Position numbers and translations under genes: made by a program | Shown here: positions 54,433 to 64,000 of the stretch, one piece after another | Numbering within the stretch: position 1 is the stretch's first letter | Layout of the letters: each line of letters begins with the position of its first letter | Virus record (IMG/VR): IMGVR_UViG_3300044701_002789 | Coordinates: 186,001-250,000 of that record | DNA length: 64,000 nucleotides | Reading direction: 5' to 3' (one strand) | Notes under the pieces: generated by a model | Told to the model about the DNA's origin: nothing | Seen by the model: the letters and a program-made list of their open reading frames with translations, nothing else | Databases searched by the model: none

Positions 54433-54462
54433 TAAAAAAGGAGTGAGATAAATCTCACTCCT
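54433..54462 (-). terminator. intrinsic terminator
   Basis: AGGAGTGAGAT/ATCTCACTCCT 11-bp stem followed by a T-run on minus. Confidence 0.85.
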
Positions 54463-54487
54463 ATTGAATAAGATTAAAAATTAATTA

Positions 54488-56131
54488 TCAGACAAAAAAC
54501 CCACCATCAATAACAACATTAGAAAGTGCAAGTTCATTGTTTACACAAGAGATAACTGTATCAGTACCACCTGTGCAAGTATTATTAATTTCTAAACCAC
54601 CAGCAAGAACTGTTGCATAAGCAGATGCAGTGAGAACACCGTTAGACTCACTAACTTCACTTGCGAAAGTAATTCTTGAAGTACTTTCATCCCAGTAAAC
54701 CGCTGCTTTCTTAGCTGCAGTATCATAATAATGGAATACTACACCGATATCAACTGTAGTATCAGTTGAAGGAGCAATAAGGTTGCCACTGCCATCGTCA
54801 ACAAGACCAACTTCAATTAGGGAGTCCTTAACAAGAAGAGTCTCTGTTTCAATAGTGGTTGTAGAACCATTAACAGTGAGGTTTCCTGCAATGGTAACAC
54901 TACTTGCAAATGAAACATTACCGGTTGTATCGGCAATAGTGATAGCAGCAGCACCATTAGAAGCCTTAACTGCACCAGTCTCAACAGTTGAAACATCAAG
55001 AGTATTTGATGATGGATTATAAGAAATTCCAGCATCTACACGAATTGTTTCACTTTGAGTTGAAGAACTATTTGTAACAAATGGAATATAGAAAGATGCA
55101 TCAGTTGATGTTGCAGTAGTATCAACTTGAGTTGAACGAGTTGCAGTTGAAATAGTACCAGTTAGAGTACCGAGGAATGTAGCATTAGCGTTAACAGTAA
55201 GAGTATCTCCACTGTCACTACCAAGAGTTACATTACCATTCGCAGTAACGGCACCAGTAAATGTGGAAACACCAGTTACGCCAAGATCATTATTTAGAGT
55301 TGTTTGACCGGTTACATCTAATCCAGCATTAGCGTCAAGAAGACCACCGATAGTGCTGATTCCAGCGACATTGAGAGTATCAAAGTCGTTAGGATCTAAT
55401 GAAAGTAAATCTTCAAAAGTTGCCTTGGTTGTTGCATCAAGTGTTGCAATTCCAGAAAGTGCAACTAAACCACCTTCAGTGGAAAGAACTTTAGTAGATC
55501 CAACATAAAGTGAACCTACAGTAGAAATACCAGAGGTTGTTGAATTATTATAAGCAAGTTCAGTGAAAGTACCTGCAGCAGCAGAAGATGCACCGATTAC
55601 AGTACCATCAATGTTACCACCGTTGATATCGGTACTTGTAATAGTACCTACACCAGTTACATTGATGTTATCAAAAGTTGAACCACCGGTTACATCAATA
55701 CCACCATTTGCATCAATAAGACCACTGAAAGTTGAAATTCCACTAAAAGTTGAATTGCTAATGGTAACATTATCAAATGAAGCGCCAGAAGTTACTGATG
55801 CCCATTCAAGAACACCAGAGTTACCTAATTTGAGGAAGTGACCTGTTGTACCGCCACCCTGAGGTAGAGTATAAGTTACAGGAGTAGTTACTGTTGCTGG
55901 AGCGCGAAGTGAAACGCTATTAGTACCATCTTTATCTACAAGATTTAACTTGAGAGATTCGTCAGTACCATTTTCTTTGGTCCAATAACGGTGTGATCCG
56001 AAAAACTTGTTTCCGCCTACACCACCTACATAAAAATCGTTTTTGTCTGTTGTAAATCCTGGTTCGCCTGCACGAAGTTCAGGAAGATTTACAAACAGAC
56101 CTCTTTTAAACTGAAGTGTTGGAGATGCCAT
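54488..56131 (-). CDS. tail fibre-like protein
   Basis: MASPTLQFKRG N-terminus, GEPGFTTD, repeated GISTF/GVSTF motifs. Confidence 0.75.
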   Translation of the reverse strand: MASPTLQFKRGLFVNLPELRAGEPGFTTDKNDFYVGGVGGNKFFGSHRYWTKENGTDESLKLNLVDKDGTNSVSLRAPATVTTPVTYTLPQGGGTTGHFLKLGNSGVLEWASVTSGASFDNVTISNSTFSGISTFSGLIDANGGIDVTGGSTFDNINVTGVGTITSTDINGGNIDGTVIGASSAAAGTFTELAYNNSTTSGISTVGSLYVGSTKVLSTEGGLVALSGIATLDATTKATFEDLLSLDPNDFDTLNVAGISTIGGLLDANAGLDVTGQTTLNNDLGVTGVSTFTGAVTANGNVTLGSDSGDTLTVNANATFLGTLTGTISTATRSTQVDTTATSTDASFYIPFVTNSSSTQSETIRVDAGISYNPSSNTLDVSTVETGAVKASNGAAAITIADTTGNVSFASSVTIAGNLTVNGSTTTIETETLLVKDSLIEVGLVDDGSGNLIAPSTDTTVDIGVVFHYYDTAAKKAAVYWDESTSRITFASEVSESNGVLTASAYATVLAGGLEINNTCTGGTDTVISCVNNELALSNVVIDGGFFV

Positions 56132-56219
56132 ATTTGATTTGTCCTAAATTGTTAATTTGACTACTAGTAGTACAAAATCAAATCAAAAGATAATACTATG
56201 TAAAACTAAAATTCCATTA

Positions 56220-56233
56220 TATTTATTTATTTA
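56220..56233 (-). promoter_or_regulatory. stacked late promoter boxes
   Basis: TAAATAAATAAATA. Confidence 0.55.
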
Positions 56234-56243
56234 AAATTAAAAA

Positions 56244-56522
56244 TTAAAAATCTCCACCATCAAAATTAACCCTATCATCAAGATCTTCATCAAGTTTGTT
56301 AATAAAATCTTCAGGTAAAAAGTTATCTGCAACCGATTTACTTAGTATTGTATCAGGATCTGAAAATTCATATTTTTTATCTTCATCGTTATACATTAAA
56401 ACATAACCATCTTGAACGTTGGAAATATCTATATCGTCAAGAACAGTTATGGTATCTGGTATTACAATCTGAGTTTTGACTTTTATTTGAGGCGTTCTTG
56501 AGAGTTTGATTTGAATTGCCAT
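56244..56522 (-). CDS. structural protein, paralog of the 56522-57100 C-terminus
   Basis: DIDISNVQDGYVLMY...DPDTILSKSV.DN.LP.DFI.KLDE. Confidence 0.7.
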   Translation of the reverse strand: MAIQIKLSRTPQIKVKTQIVIPDTITVLDDIDISNVQDGYVLMYNDEDKKYEFSDPDTILSKSVADNFLPEDFINKLDEDLDDRVNFDGGDF

Positions 56523-57100
56523 TAGAATTCTCCAGAATCTGCAAAATTTCCGGCATCTAGATCAATCTTATCATCCAAAATTTCATCAAGTTTACCAATG
56601 AAATCACTAGGAAGAGAATTATCTTCTACAGACTTACTTAAGATTGTATCTGGATCAACAAAAACATACTTTCTTCTTTCTGCATCATACATGAGAACAT
56701 ATCCATCTTGAATATTAGTAATATCAATGTTTCCAAGACCATCTAGATTATCACTAATTGCTGAACCTAGAGTTGCACTCTCATTTACAATAATATTTCC
56801 TTCAATGACTTTTTTAATTTTACCATTCCTATCAATAAGAAACATATCATAATAATTTCTACCACTTGTAAGACCAGAAGTTTGGTCACTATCTAGTGAT
56901 ATTTTTATTCTTCCTTGTTCTCTATTAATAAAAGTAATTGTAAAAGATTTGTGTTTTGGTGATGTTGGATATTTTCTTATTTTTGCAGAACAAGTGTAAT
57001 CCGAAAGATTTAGTGGAGATCCATCATCTTCGGTAAGATTTAATTCTGTCTCAAAATCAGTTCCTTTATCTAAGATATAATTGACGGCGTATACTGCCAT
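56522..57100 (-). CDS. baseplate/fibre-attachment-like structural protein
   Basis: LDKGTDF...DGSPLNLSDYTCSAKIRK...GRNYYD...KVIEG. Confidence 0.7.
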   Translation of the reverse strand: MAVYAVNYILDKGTDFETELNLTEDDGSPLNLSDYTCSAKIRKYPTSPKHKSFTITFINREQGRIKISLDSDQTSGLTSGRNYYDMFLIDRNGKIKKVIEGNIIVNESATLGSAISDNLDGLGNIDITNIQDGYVLMYDAERRKYVFVDPDTILSKSVEDNSLPSDFIGKLDEILDDKIDLDAGNFADSGEF

Positions 57101-57122
57101 TTGAGTATTTGTGTCTTTTAAT

Positions 57123-57130
57123 TATTTATA
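57123..57130 (-). promoter_or_regulatory. late promoter
   Basis: TATAAATA. Confidence 0.75.
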
Positions 57131-57136
57131 GTTTTT

Positions 57137-58030
57137 TTATAGATCTCCGGTATTTGTGGATGGGTATTCTCTTTGCAATCCCCATATGATTCTTACTGCA
57201 CCATCCGCACCATCTGCACTATCATGACCTGCAGTAATATCTCCACCACCTCCTCCGCCACCATAAAGACCACCATTACCAGCACGAGAATTGATATTGC
57301 CGGGATCTCCATTATTACCACCACTTCCAGATCCTCCACCAGCAGCATCATTAATTCCAGCAGAACCAGTAGAACCAAATTGTATTATTCCTACTCCACC
57401 ACCTCCACCACCTGATTGACCTCCTCCGGCACCACCTCCACCTGAACCCGAATTAGTTGTTCCAGGATTTCCACTATTTGTTCCTCCAGCACCTCCATTC
57501 CCAAAATATCCACCAGCGCCTCCTCCACCACCAGCATTTCCGTTTAATAATTGTCCATCTCCACCTTTCCCACCATTTCCGCCACCAATATTTCCTCCAA
57601 TTGTAGATCCTCCGCCACCAAGACCCCCAGCATCATCTACTCCAGATTTTCCACCATCTGCAAATAGTAATTTAATCACACCTCTAGATAATGATGATTC
57701 TCCACCATCTGTTCCATTTATTGTATTTATTGTATTATCAGCAAGTCCACCAGTTCCTCCATAACCAACTACAACGGTTAATGTTTCTCCTGGAACTACA
57801 TCTAAATCTTTAATCCATCGCAATCCTCCTCCACCACCACCCGAACCATCATTTACATCAGAACCTCCACCAGCACTGGATCCAGTATCTCCACCTCCAC
57901 CACCACCAACACAAACTGCAGATATTCTAAAAACATTTTGAGGTACTGTAAAACTATAAGTTCCCTTTTCTGTAAATGCGGATTGTCCTATAGACACATT
58001 TGATGCAAAAAAAGATTGTATGATTGTCAT
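57137..58030 (-). CDS. glycine-rich (polyglycine-loop) fibre-associated protein
   Basis: FTVPQNV..ISAVCVGGGGGG, multiple Gly tracts, GAVRIIWG. Confidence 0.8.
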   Translation of the reverse strand: MTIIQSFFASNVSIGQSAFTEKGTYSFTVPQNVFRISAVCVGGGGGGDTGSSAGGGSDVNDGSGGGGGGLRWIKDLDVVPGETLTVVVGYGGTGGLADNTINTINGTDGGESSLSRGVIKLLFADGGKSGVDDAGGLGGGGSTIGGNIGGGNGGKGGDGQLLNGNAGGGGGAGGYFGNGGAGGTNSGNPGTTNSGSGGGGAGGGQSGGGGGGVGIIQFGSTGSAGINDAAGGGSGSGGNNGDPGNINSRAGNGGLYGGGGGGGDITAGHDSADGADGAVRIIWGLQREYPSTNTGDL

Positions 58031-58032
58031 AA

Positions 58033-59724
58033 TTATACTATAACTCCAGCGATAACGAATGTGGAAATACCTGCATTAGAACTTACGCAAAGAATGTTTG
58101 CAATTCCATAAGCTAAAATTGTTCTATTTCCGGTCAATGTAGTTCCAGAAAAACGAAGAGTCACATTACTTCCTTGAGTAATTGTCTGTCCTGTAGCAGA
58201 GTCATTGTAAATTGTAATTGCATCGCCAGGATTAAATATCCCAGCAGGAACTGTAACTCCACCACTAGTAATTGAAATATGTTTTCCTGCATCAGATATC
58301 TGTAAAGTATATGATGTTGTTTGTGAGTTTTGTGGAATATCTCTAAGATTTCCTGAAGTATCTGAAACTATTCCAGAGAAGTTTCCGTTGTTTACATTAA
58401 TAAGATTTCTAGAAGAATCAATTACCTGATTAGAACCCACATAAAAACTGTTCGCAGTTACAATACCACTAAAGTTTGCTCCAACGACATTAATAAGATT
58501 TCTGGTATTATTAATTACTTGATTTGCATCAACATAAAAACTGTTTGCAGTTACAATGCCACTAAAGTTACCACCAACGACATTAATAAGATTTCTAGAA
58601 GAATCAATTACCTGATTAGAACCCACATAAAAACTGTTTGCAGTTACAACACCACTAGAATTTAGTGAGGTTACTGATATATTTCCTACAGAAAATCCTC
58701 CATTACTTCTTGCAACTATAGTATTTCCAGTAGTATCTGAACTTTCTGCATTTAATCCCAACGTAACCGATGATGATCCATTATAAGATGAACCAGTAAA
58801 ATATGTTCCGAAAGTTAATGTATTTAAATCACTGCCTAATCCAACTCCAGAAATAGTAGAATTCTCAAGTTGTCCATTTGTAATTGCTGCACCAACCGCA
58901 ATATCACTACTTGTAATTGAATTTGTGAGATTTAACTTACTATATGATATTGCCGCATTTGTAGAAACATCTGAATTAGTAATTCCGGAACCATCTACAG
59001 AATCAAATGATAATTTACCATAAGTAATGCCTGCACCAACTTCAATATCTTCTGATTTGATTGTACCATTGGCAATCATTCCAGTTGTAATTACACCCAC
59101 TGACTGCGGTGTAATTAATGTAGCGATTCCAGAAACTGAAGGTAAAACAAGAACTCCAGATGCAGTAGGTGAAACAGTTAATGTTACTATTCCGCTTGAA
59201 GAACCTTCAAACAAAAGTCCCGATCCTATGCCACTTATAATTGGAGATGTTAGTTGTTTATTTGTTAATGTCTGATTGTCGGTGGTTCCTACTATATCAC
59301 CAGATGGTGCCGATTTACCTTCAAGAAAAGAAACATTTAAATTTCCTACTTGCGCAGTAGAATTTACTGAAAATGGTGGAAGTGAAGACTCTTCAGAAAT
59401 AAATCTTGCGGATTTTACAGTTCCAGATACTTCTAATTTTTCTGAAGGAATAGAGGTTCCAATACCAACATTTCCAGTTGGACGGTAAATATCACTTCCG
59501 GATTCTTGCCAACGATCTAAAGTTGGATTAACTAATGGTGTTCCATTTAAAGTAAATGATTCTGCGTTTATATTCCCTAAAACATCTAATTTATATTGGG
59601 GATTCGTAGTACCAATTCCAACATAAGGAAGTTCTCCTGATGTAATCGCAATTTCCTGCGAAGAATTCTCCACATAGATGAAGGAACCAAATTGCGAAAG
59701 TTCTCGGTTTCTTATGATAGACAT
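58033..59724 (-). CDS. tail fibre-like protein with 3 tandem 31-aa repeats
   Basis: VGIGTT motifs; SG(I/V)VTANSFYV..NQVI...RNLINV x3. Confidence 0.75.
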   Translation of the reverse strand: MSIIRNRELSQFGSFIYVENSSQEIAITSGELPYVGIGTTNPQYKLDVLGNINAESFTLNGTPLVNPTLDRWQESGSDIYRPTGNVGIGTSIPSEKLEVSGTVKSARFISEESSLPPFSVNSTAQVGNLNVSFLEGKSAPSGDIVGTTDNQTLTNKQLTSPIISGIGSGLLFEGSSSGIVTLTVSPTASGVLVLPSVSGIATLITPQSVGVITTGMIANGTIKSEDIEVGAGITYGKLSFDSVDGSGITNSDVSTNAAISYSKLNLTNSITSSDIAVGAAITNGQLENSTISGVGLGSDLNTLTFGTYFTGSSYNGSSSVTLGLNAESSDTTGNTIVARSNGGFSVGNISVTSLNSSGVVTANSFYVGSNQVIDSSRNLINVVGGNFSGIVTANSFYVDANQVINNTRNLINVVGANFSGIVTANSFYVGSNQVIDSSRNLINVNNGNFSGIVSDTSGNLRDIPQNSQTTSYTLQISDAGKHISITSGGVTVPAGIFNPGDAITIYNDSATGQTITQGSNVTLRFSGTTLTGNRTILAYGIANILCVSSNAGISTFVIAGVIV

Positions 59725-59745
59725 TTAAAATCTTCCTTATGAATA

Positions 59746-59752
59746 TATTTAG
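59746..59752 (-). promoter_or_regulatory. late promoter
   Basis: CTAAATA. Confidence 0.6.
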
Positions 59753-60372
59753 AATAATGTAAATGATGTACTACCTATTCCAGACACGGAAATGGTAATT
59801 ACATTATTGGAATAAGAAATATTAATTGGTGCCGAACTTTCTACATTAAAATATCCACCAAAATAATTTTCATCAGAATTTATAGATATAATTTCTACAG
59901 TTTCTCCACCAAAACATGAATCATTTAAAATGATACTTTCGCCATCTGATGCGTCATATTCATTGGATGAAAGTTTAACACCATTTATGAAAACATCCAT
60001 TAAATTTGGAGTATATGGTGTTAAAAATGTAGTTTGTAATTCTGATGCAGTAAATGTAACTGAGGTTCTTTCCGTCACATTACTTTTCCAAGTAACACCT
60101 GTACCAGTTGAAACCAAATATTGACCAGCAGATCCTAATGAACTTCCTGCACTTAACCTCCCATCAATTCTTATGTTATTGACTGTAGAGACGCCAGCAA
60201 CAATTGAATTTCTGGTTATGTTTAAATCAGTAGCACCAATTCCCCCATTTACATCTAATCTATAAAGTGGATTGGTTGTTCCTACACCAACTCTATTATC
60301 AAAATCTCTTGCGAAGATTAAATTTTCATTGACTTCAAGACCGTTTTTTACAACAAAATTTTTATTTGCCAT
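59749..60372 (-). CDS. tail fibre-like structural protein
   Basis: MANKNFVVKNGL, VGVGTTNP, MDVFINGVKL. Confidence 0.75.
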   Translation of the reverse strand: MANKNFVVKNGLEVNENLIFARDFDNRVGVGTTNPLYRLDVNGGIGATDLNITRNSIVAGVSTVNNIRIDGRLSAGSSLGSAGQYLVSTGTGVTWKSNVTERTSVTFTASELQTTFLTPYTPNLMDVFINGVKLSSNEYDASDGESIILNDSCFGGETVEIISINSDENYFGGYFNVESSAPINISYSNNVITISVSGIGSTSFTLF

Positions 60373-60401
60373 TCGGTTTCACTCTCCACCGATTTTTATA
60401 C

Positions 60402-60419
60402 TATTTATAAATCTAAATA
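60402..60419. promoter_or_regulatory. back-to-back late promoters
   Basis: TATAAATA on minus (60402-60409); CTAAATA on plus (60413-60419). Confidence 0.65.
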
Positions 60420-60444
60420 GTAAAAAGAAATATTGAAGATAAAA

Positions 60445-61086
60445 ATGACAACACAAGTATTAACTGGATATTTTGCCAGAACTGGAGATTTAAATCTTTA
60501 TACTAATAATACTGGACAAAATGTGAGAGTAATATTTAATTATCTGTCCATTGAAGGTACTGGAACAAATGAGATGCGTATTGTTACTCCAGCACAAACA
60601 AACCAAACACCAGCGTTTGATGAACTTGGTAGGGCGATAACTCAACAAACATCCGTACCATCCACTTATGTGCAATTACCAAATCTTCCCGATGTTGATA
60701 ATGATTGGATTGAAGGCATTATTGGAAATAAATTAACTTCTTCTGGAATAAATTATGATTGGTATTGGAGAAGATGGTGGGGATTTAGTAGATATAGACA
60801 AGGTGGTGGAGATAATGCTTATGGTTATATATTTTTAACCTCAAGAGAAGATGTTGTTGGAACTAAGTATAAATTTTTTGGATTTGATTATAATTGGTGG
60901 AGAAAATATAGAAGATCTATGGAGATTCCTTTTCCAGTAGAAGTATTTTTAACTCCAAACCAATCTATTGTTTTTGTTTCCAGAAAGCAATTAGCCATAG
61001 ATGAAAGAAATAGAGCTACAATTCCTGTGGCACCACAACAAATCACATATAATGTATTAGTGATGCCAGAAGGAGGTTGTGCTTAA
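60445..61086 (+). CDS. hypothetical protein (only plus-strand gene), Trp/Arg-rich patches
   Basis: 213-aa ORF filling the gap between two minus-strand genes; own late promoter. Confidence 0.7.
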   Translation: MTTQVLTGYFARTGDLNLYTNNTGQNVRVIFNYLSIEGTGTNEMRIVTPAQTNQTPAFDELGRAITQQTSVPSTYVQLPNLPDVDNDWIEGIIGNKLTSSGINYDWYWRRWWGFSRYRQGGGDNAYGYIFLTSREDVVGTKYKFFGFDYNWWRKYRRSMEIPFPVEVFLTPNQSIVFVSRKQLAIDERNRATIPVAPQQITYNVLVMPEGGCA

Positions 61087-63998
61087 ATAGGAAGTGCAAA
61101 TCCTCGGGTATTGAATGGGGAGAAGTTTGAAGTGACTGTAACCTTATAATCAATTTTATCAGTAATGTCATTATATTCAATAGTCATTCCACAAACTACT
61201 CCCAGTTTGTTTATAATTGCTCTAGCAACTCTATCTTCCCTAAAGTATAGATTTGTATTACCTTCAGGAAGATCATCGGTTGTAGAGAGACTTAAGAAAG
61301 ACTTAATTGAAGTCCAACCAAGAACACCAGGAGATACTGAATAAAGTATACTATTTGCAGCACCAACTACATTTGGAAGTGTCCAAATTAGATTTGTATT
61401 TAATGATGGTACTTGGAATCCTGCATAATTTGATCTGGATGAATTATAAATTCTTATTTGTCCAGTAACTGCAGTATTTCCAATTACATCTAATGCAATT
61501 CCGGAAAGAACAGTCAAAGTATTAATTCCAACATTACCATTTACATCAATTATAAATGGTGTAGTGTCCCCAACTGTATTATCAATTCTTACTATATTTT
61601 CAATCGGGGCGCCAGCAGAAGAACGAATGCGAAGACCTGGCTGATCAACAACTTGCACATCAAGTTTTGCTTGCGGAACTGCAATACCAACACCGATTGA
61701 TCCATTATTAGTAATTACAAATGGCGACGCATCGTTTGCCTCGTCTTCAATTAAGACAGCATTTCCGGTTCCAGTTTGTGTTACTCTTATTGCAGAAGAT
61801 TCTGTTGTCACTGCCACATTAACAGTGGAAACAAGATTAACTATATTATCAACAGTATCATAAGATGAACCAGTTACTCCAGCGAACAGTAATCCATCTT
61901 TATTATATTGAAGTTCTCCGATAGCACCGCCCACTGGTGGAATATCTGGAAGTTCATCCAATGATAACCCATCCATTGTAATAGTTGCAATTCCCGTAGT
62001 TGGATCAAACGCAGATGTGATTGTTATTCCAACACCAACAAAGTTTAACTGAGTTGCCATACCAACATAGTTGTTGGTAACATTTCTAGAAACCCCGATT
62101 CTATTTGCGCCAGTGATAGTAAGAGTCGTGATTCCTACTTCATCATTATTTTCTCCAGTAATATTAATATCACCTAAAGTCTTGAAGTCTATTAATGTGC
62201 AGATTCCAACAAAATTATTATTTGTTGAAATGCCAATTCTATTAGATGGACTTCTTTGCTGTTCACCAATAATTCCAAACTTTTCCCAAATATTATTGGT
62301 AGTGTAAACCCAACCATAATGTTTTCCACTTTCAGGGAATGCATTAATTACAACATCTCCTGGGTTTCCAGATTCTATGGGAGTAGAAATTCCAACAGTG
62401 GTTTTTCTGGAAACAGTGGCGTCACCTTGCAGATAAAGTGAAGATGCTTCTATACCCTTAGGAGAAGTTGATGTAATCTTGTTATTGAAAATTACTGGGC
62501 CATCAAATTGTGAAACTAATTTTCCATTTTCTCCACCTTCAACACGAATGGATCTATTGACATTTATTTCCAGAGGAGTAATAACATCAAATCCAATATT
62601 TACAATACTAGAATTTAAATCTTCTCCAGTTACTGTGGGAATAGGTGCATCAAATATTTCTTCTTGTCCGGTAGTTGAATTTATTTTCTTATTACCAGTG
62701 TAGAAATCTCCATCACTATTCATACCAGTAAAGATACTTACCCCACCATCAATTTTTGTTGACTGTGAAAGTAATTCTTCTTGACCCGAAATTACACGAT
62801 CTTGTCTTTCTGGTAATGCTGTGGAATAATTACCGGGACCAAATCCCATATATTCAAAGGTATGTCCAGATGCACGAATAATAGAATTTCTTCTAAATTC
62901 AATCGGAAGAACTTTTATCTTCTTAACAACTGAATTATCTAAGTGTACTTGTTTTTGAGTTCCGAGAACTGCACGGAAACATCTTACACTATTACTTACA
63001 ACAGATTCTTTGATTCTGAAAATTTCATTATCAATTTGTAAGTAATCACCAATTTTTAGTCCAAGTTGAACAGCATTTTCTATTTGCAGAGGATCATCAT
63101 CTGTTGCAGTTATATCAATTAATGCAGTTGAAATAGTAGTTACACCATCATAATATGTAATCAAACGAGAAGAAGTTATTTCATTGTCTCTCGCAATGCT
63201 ACCACCATAGGATGATGCACCAAAAGGATAAACCGTAATATCTCCACCTGTTACAATTGTATTATCTTTAATTCCTAGATCAATAGTAATTGAAGTAGTT
63301 GCAGTTCCTCCTGGGCCAAATGTAGATTTAATAATAAAATCGCGGTTGAATGAACTATTTTCGGCACCAGCAATACGAATCTTATCATTGACCTTAAGAC
63401 CATGGGCAGAATTAAAGACAATAGTAGAAATGCCAGTGTTGGAATTATAAAAAGAAGTTGTAATTCCTAGAGTCTTTCCAACCAAAATTACATTTGATTT
63501 TTCTGTAGCAAAACTTCCAAGACCAACAGTGGATGGGTTTTCTACTATAGTTGAAGATTCAATTTCAATTTGTTTGGAATTTCCGGTTGTAATTCCTACA
63601 ATTTTATAAAGAGTATCATAATCTTTAGATATTCCGGAAATACTTAAACAGTCTCCAATATTTTGTTGAATATTTTCTACACGAACAACCGCATCAAAAG
63701 AACCAAAGTTTCTTGGTACATCTTTAATTGCAAGAGTATTTCCGATACCATAAGCACTACCACCATCCATTATAACAACATTACTAATGGTTCCTGCAGC
63801 ACTTACTGTTACTCTTGCAGTTGCACTATTACCTCCTACTGATTCACTTATCAGAGGAACATTATAATATATTCCAGTGACATAAGTTGATCCTCCACCA
63901 ACAATACTTAAGTTGGTGATTGATAATAATCCATGATCTTCATTTGTAAATATTGTGTGCGCCGTTCCGGTTGGATTGGATACAATATCAGTAACACC
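61083..63998 (-). CDS. large tail fibre/structural protein, 5' end beyond the window
   Basis: Frame stays open from the 63770 ATG to the window end; RASGHTFEY.G.GPGNYSTALP and GIST motifs. Confidence 0.8.
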   Translation of the reverse strand, partial: GVTDIVSNPTGTAHTIFTNEDHGLLSITNLSIVGGGSTYVTGIYYNVPLISESVGGNSATARVTVSAAGTISNVVIMDGGSAYGIGNTLAIKDVPRNFGSFDAVVRVENIQQNIGDCLSISGISKDYDTLYKIVGITTGNSKQIEIESSTIVENPSTVGLGSFATEKSNVILVGKTLGITTSFYNSNTGISTIVFNSAHGLKVNDKIRIAGAENSSFNRDFIIKSTFGPGGTATTSITIDLGIKDNTIVTGGDITVYPFGASSYGGSIARDNEITSSRLITYYDGVTTISTALIDITATDDDPLQIENAVQLGLKIGDYLQIDNEIFRIKESVVSNSVRCFRAVLGTQKQVHLDNSVVKKIKVLPIEFRRNSIIRASGHTFEYMGFGPGNYSTALPERQDRVISGQEELLSQSTKIDGGVSIFTGMNSDGDFYTGNKKINSTTGQEEIFDAPIPTVTGEDLNSSIVNIGFDVITPLEINVNRSIRVEGGENGKLVSQFDGPVIFNNKITSTSPKGIEASSLYLQGDATVSRKTTVGISTPIESGNPGDVVINAFPESGKHYGWVYTTNNIWEKFGIIGEQQRSPSNRIGISTNNNFVGICTLIDFKTLGDINITGENNDEVGITTLTITGANRIGVSRNVTNNYVGMATQLNFVGVGITITSAFDPTTGIATITMDGLSLDELPDIPPVGGAIGELQYNKDGLLFAGVTGSSYDTVDNIVNLVSTVNVAVTTESSAIRVTQTGTGNAVLIEDEANDASPFVITNNGSIGVGIAVPQAKLDVQVVDQPGLRIRSSAGAPIENIVRIDNTVGDTTPFIIDVNGNVGINTLTVLSGIALDVIGNTAVTGQIRIYNSSRSNYAGFQVPSLNTNLIWTLPNVVGAANSILYSVSPGVLGWTSIKSFLSLSTTDDLPEGNTNLYFREDRVARAIINKLGVVCGMTIEYNDITDKIDYKVTVTSNFSPFNTRGFALPI

Positions 63999-64000
63999 AA

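Noticed and set aside
45953-63998. Assigning T4 gene numbers (gp34-38, gp12) to fibre genes
   Set aside because: Only generic fibre motifs are visible; orthology cannot be supported without searches
22453-64000. Diversity-generating retroelement behind the variable repeats
   Set aside because: No reverse transcriptase or non-coding template repeat seen in this window, and variation is not restricted to adenines; cannot be excluded elsewhere in the genome
1-64000. tRNA, rRNA or recognisable structured ncRNA; alternative genetic code
   Set aside because: Intergenic gaps are short and show no cloverleaf; ORFs tile the window under the standard code

Overview
AT-rich segment of a T4-like myovirus genome, most similar in gene style to cyanomyoviruses. 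The host assignment is inference: no photosynthesis or core capsid genes are in this window. All genes but one are on the minus strand. (1) 1-22.4 kb is an early/accessory region of small ORFs. It holds a tandem family of about 11 LRV/HEAT-like paralogs sharing a C-terminal 'EE-x-L-x-x-KA' helix, a PcfJ-like protein, an orphan Xre/MbcA/ParS-type antitoxin domain, a Zn deaminase, peptide deformylase, a split RNA-repair set (Rnl1 ligase, P-loop kinase, metallophosphoesterase), a GIY-YIG homing endonuclease and an SF2 helicase. It is punctuated by 11 copies of a promoter module: an 18-bp 7-4-7 palindrome 32-33 nt upstream of a -10 box, often with a hairpin/U-tract in between. (2) 22.4-37.7 kb is a late-promoter-associated island of glycosyltransferases, methyltransferases, a sulfotransferase and 2OG-Fe(II) oxygenases, interleaved with collagen-like and RCC1-repeat genes. 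It includes an A12 frameshift. (3) 37.7-64 kb encodes tail-fibre/structural genes: RCC1 propellers, a proline-free collagen fibre with an S74 chaperone, LamG lectins and Gly-rich proteins, under T4-type TAAATA late promoters. No tRNA, rRNA or CRISPR array was recognised. All family calls come from motif recognition by eye, not from database searches.
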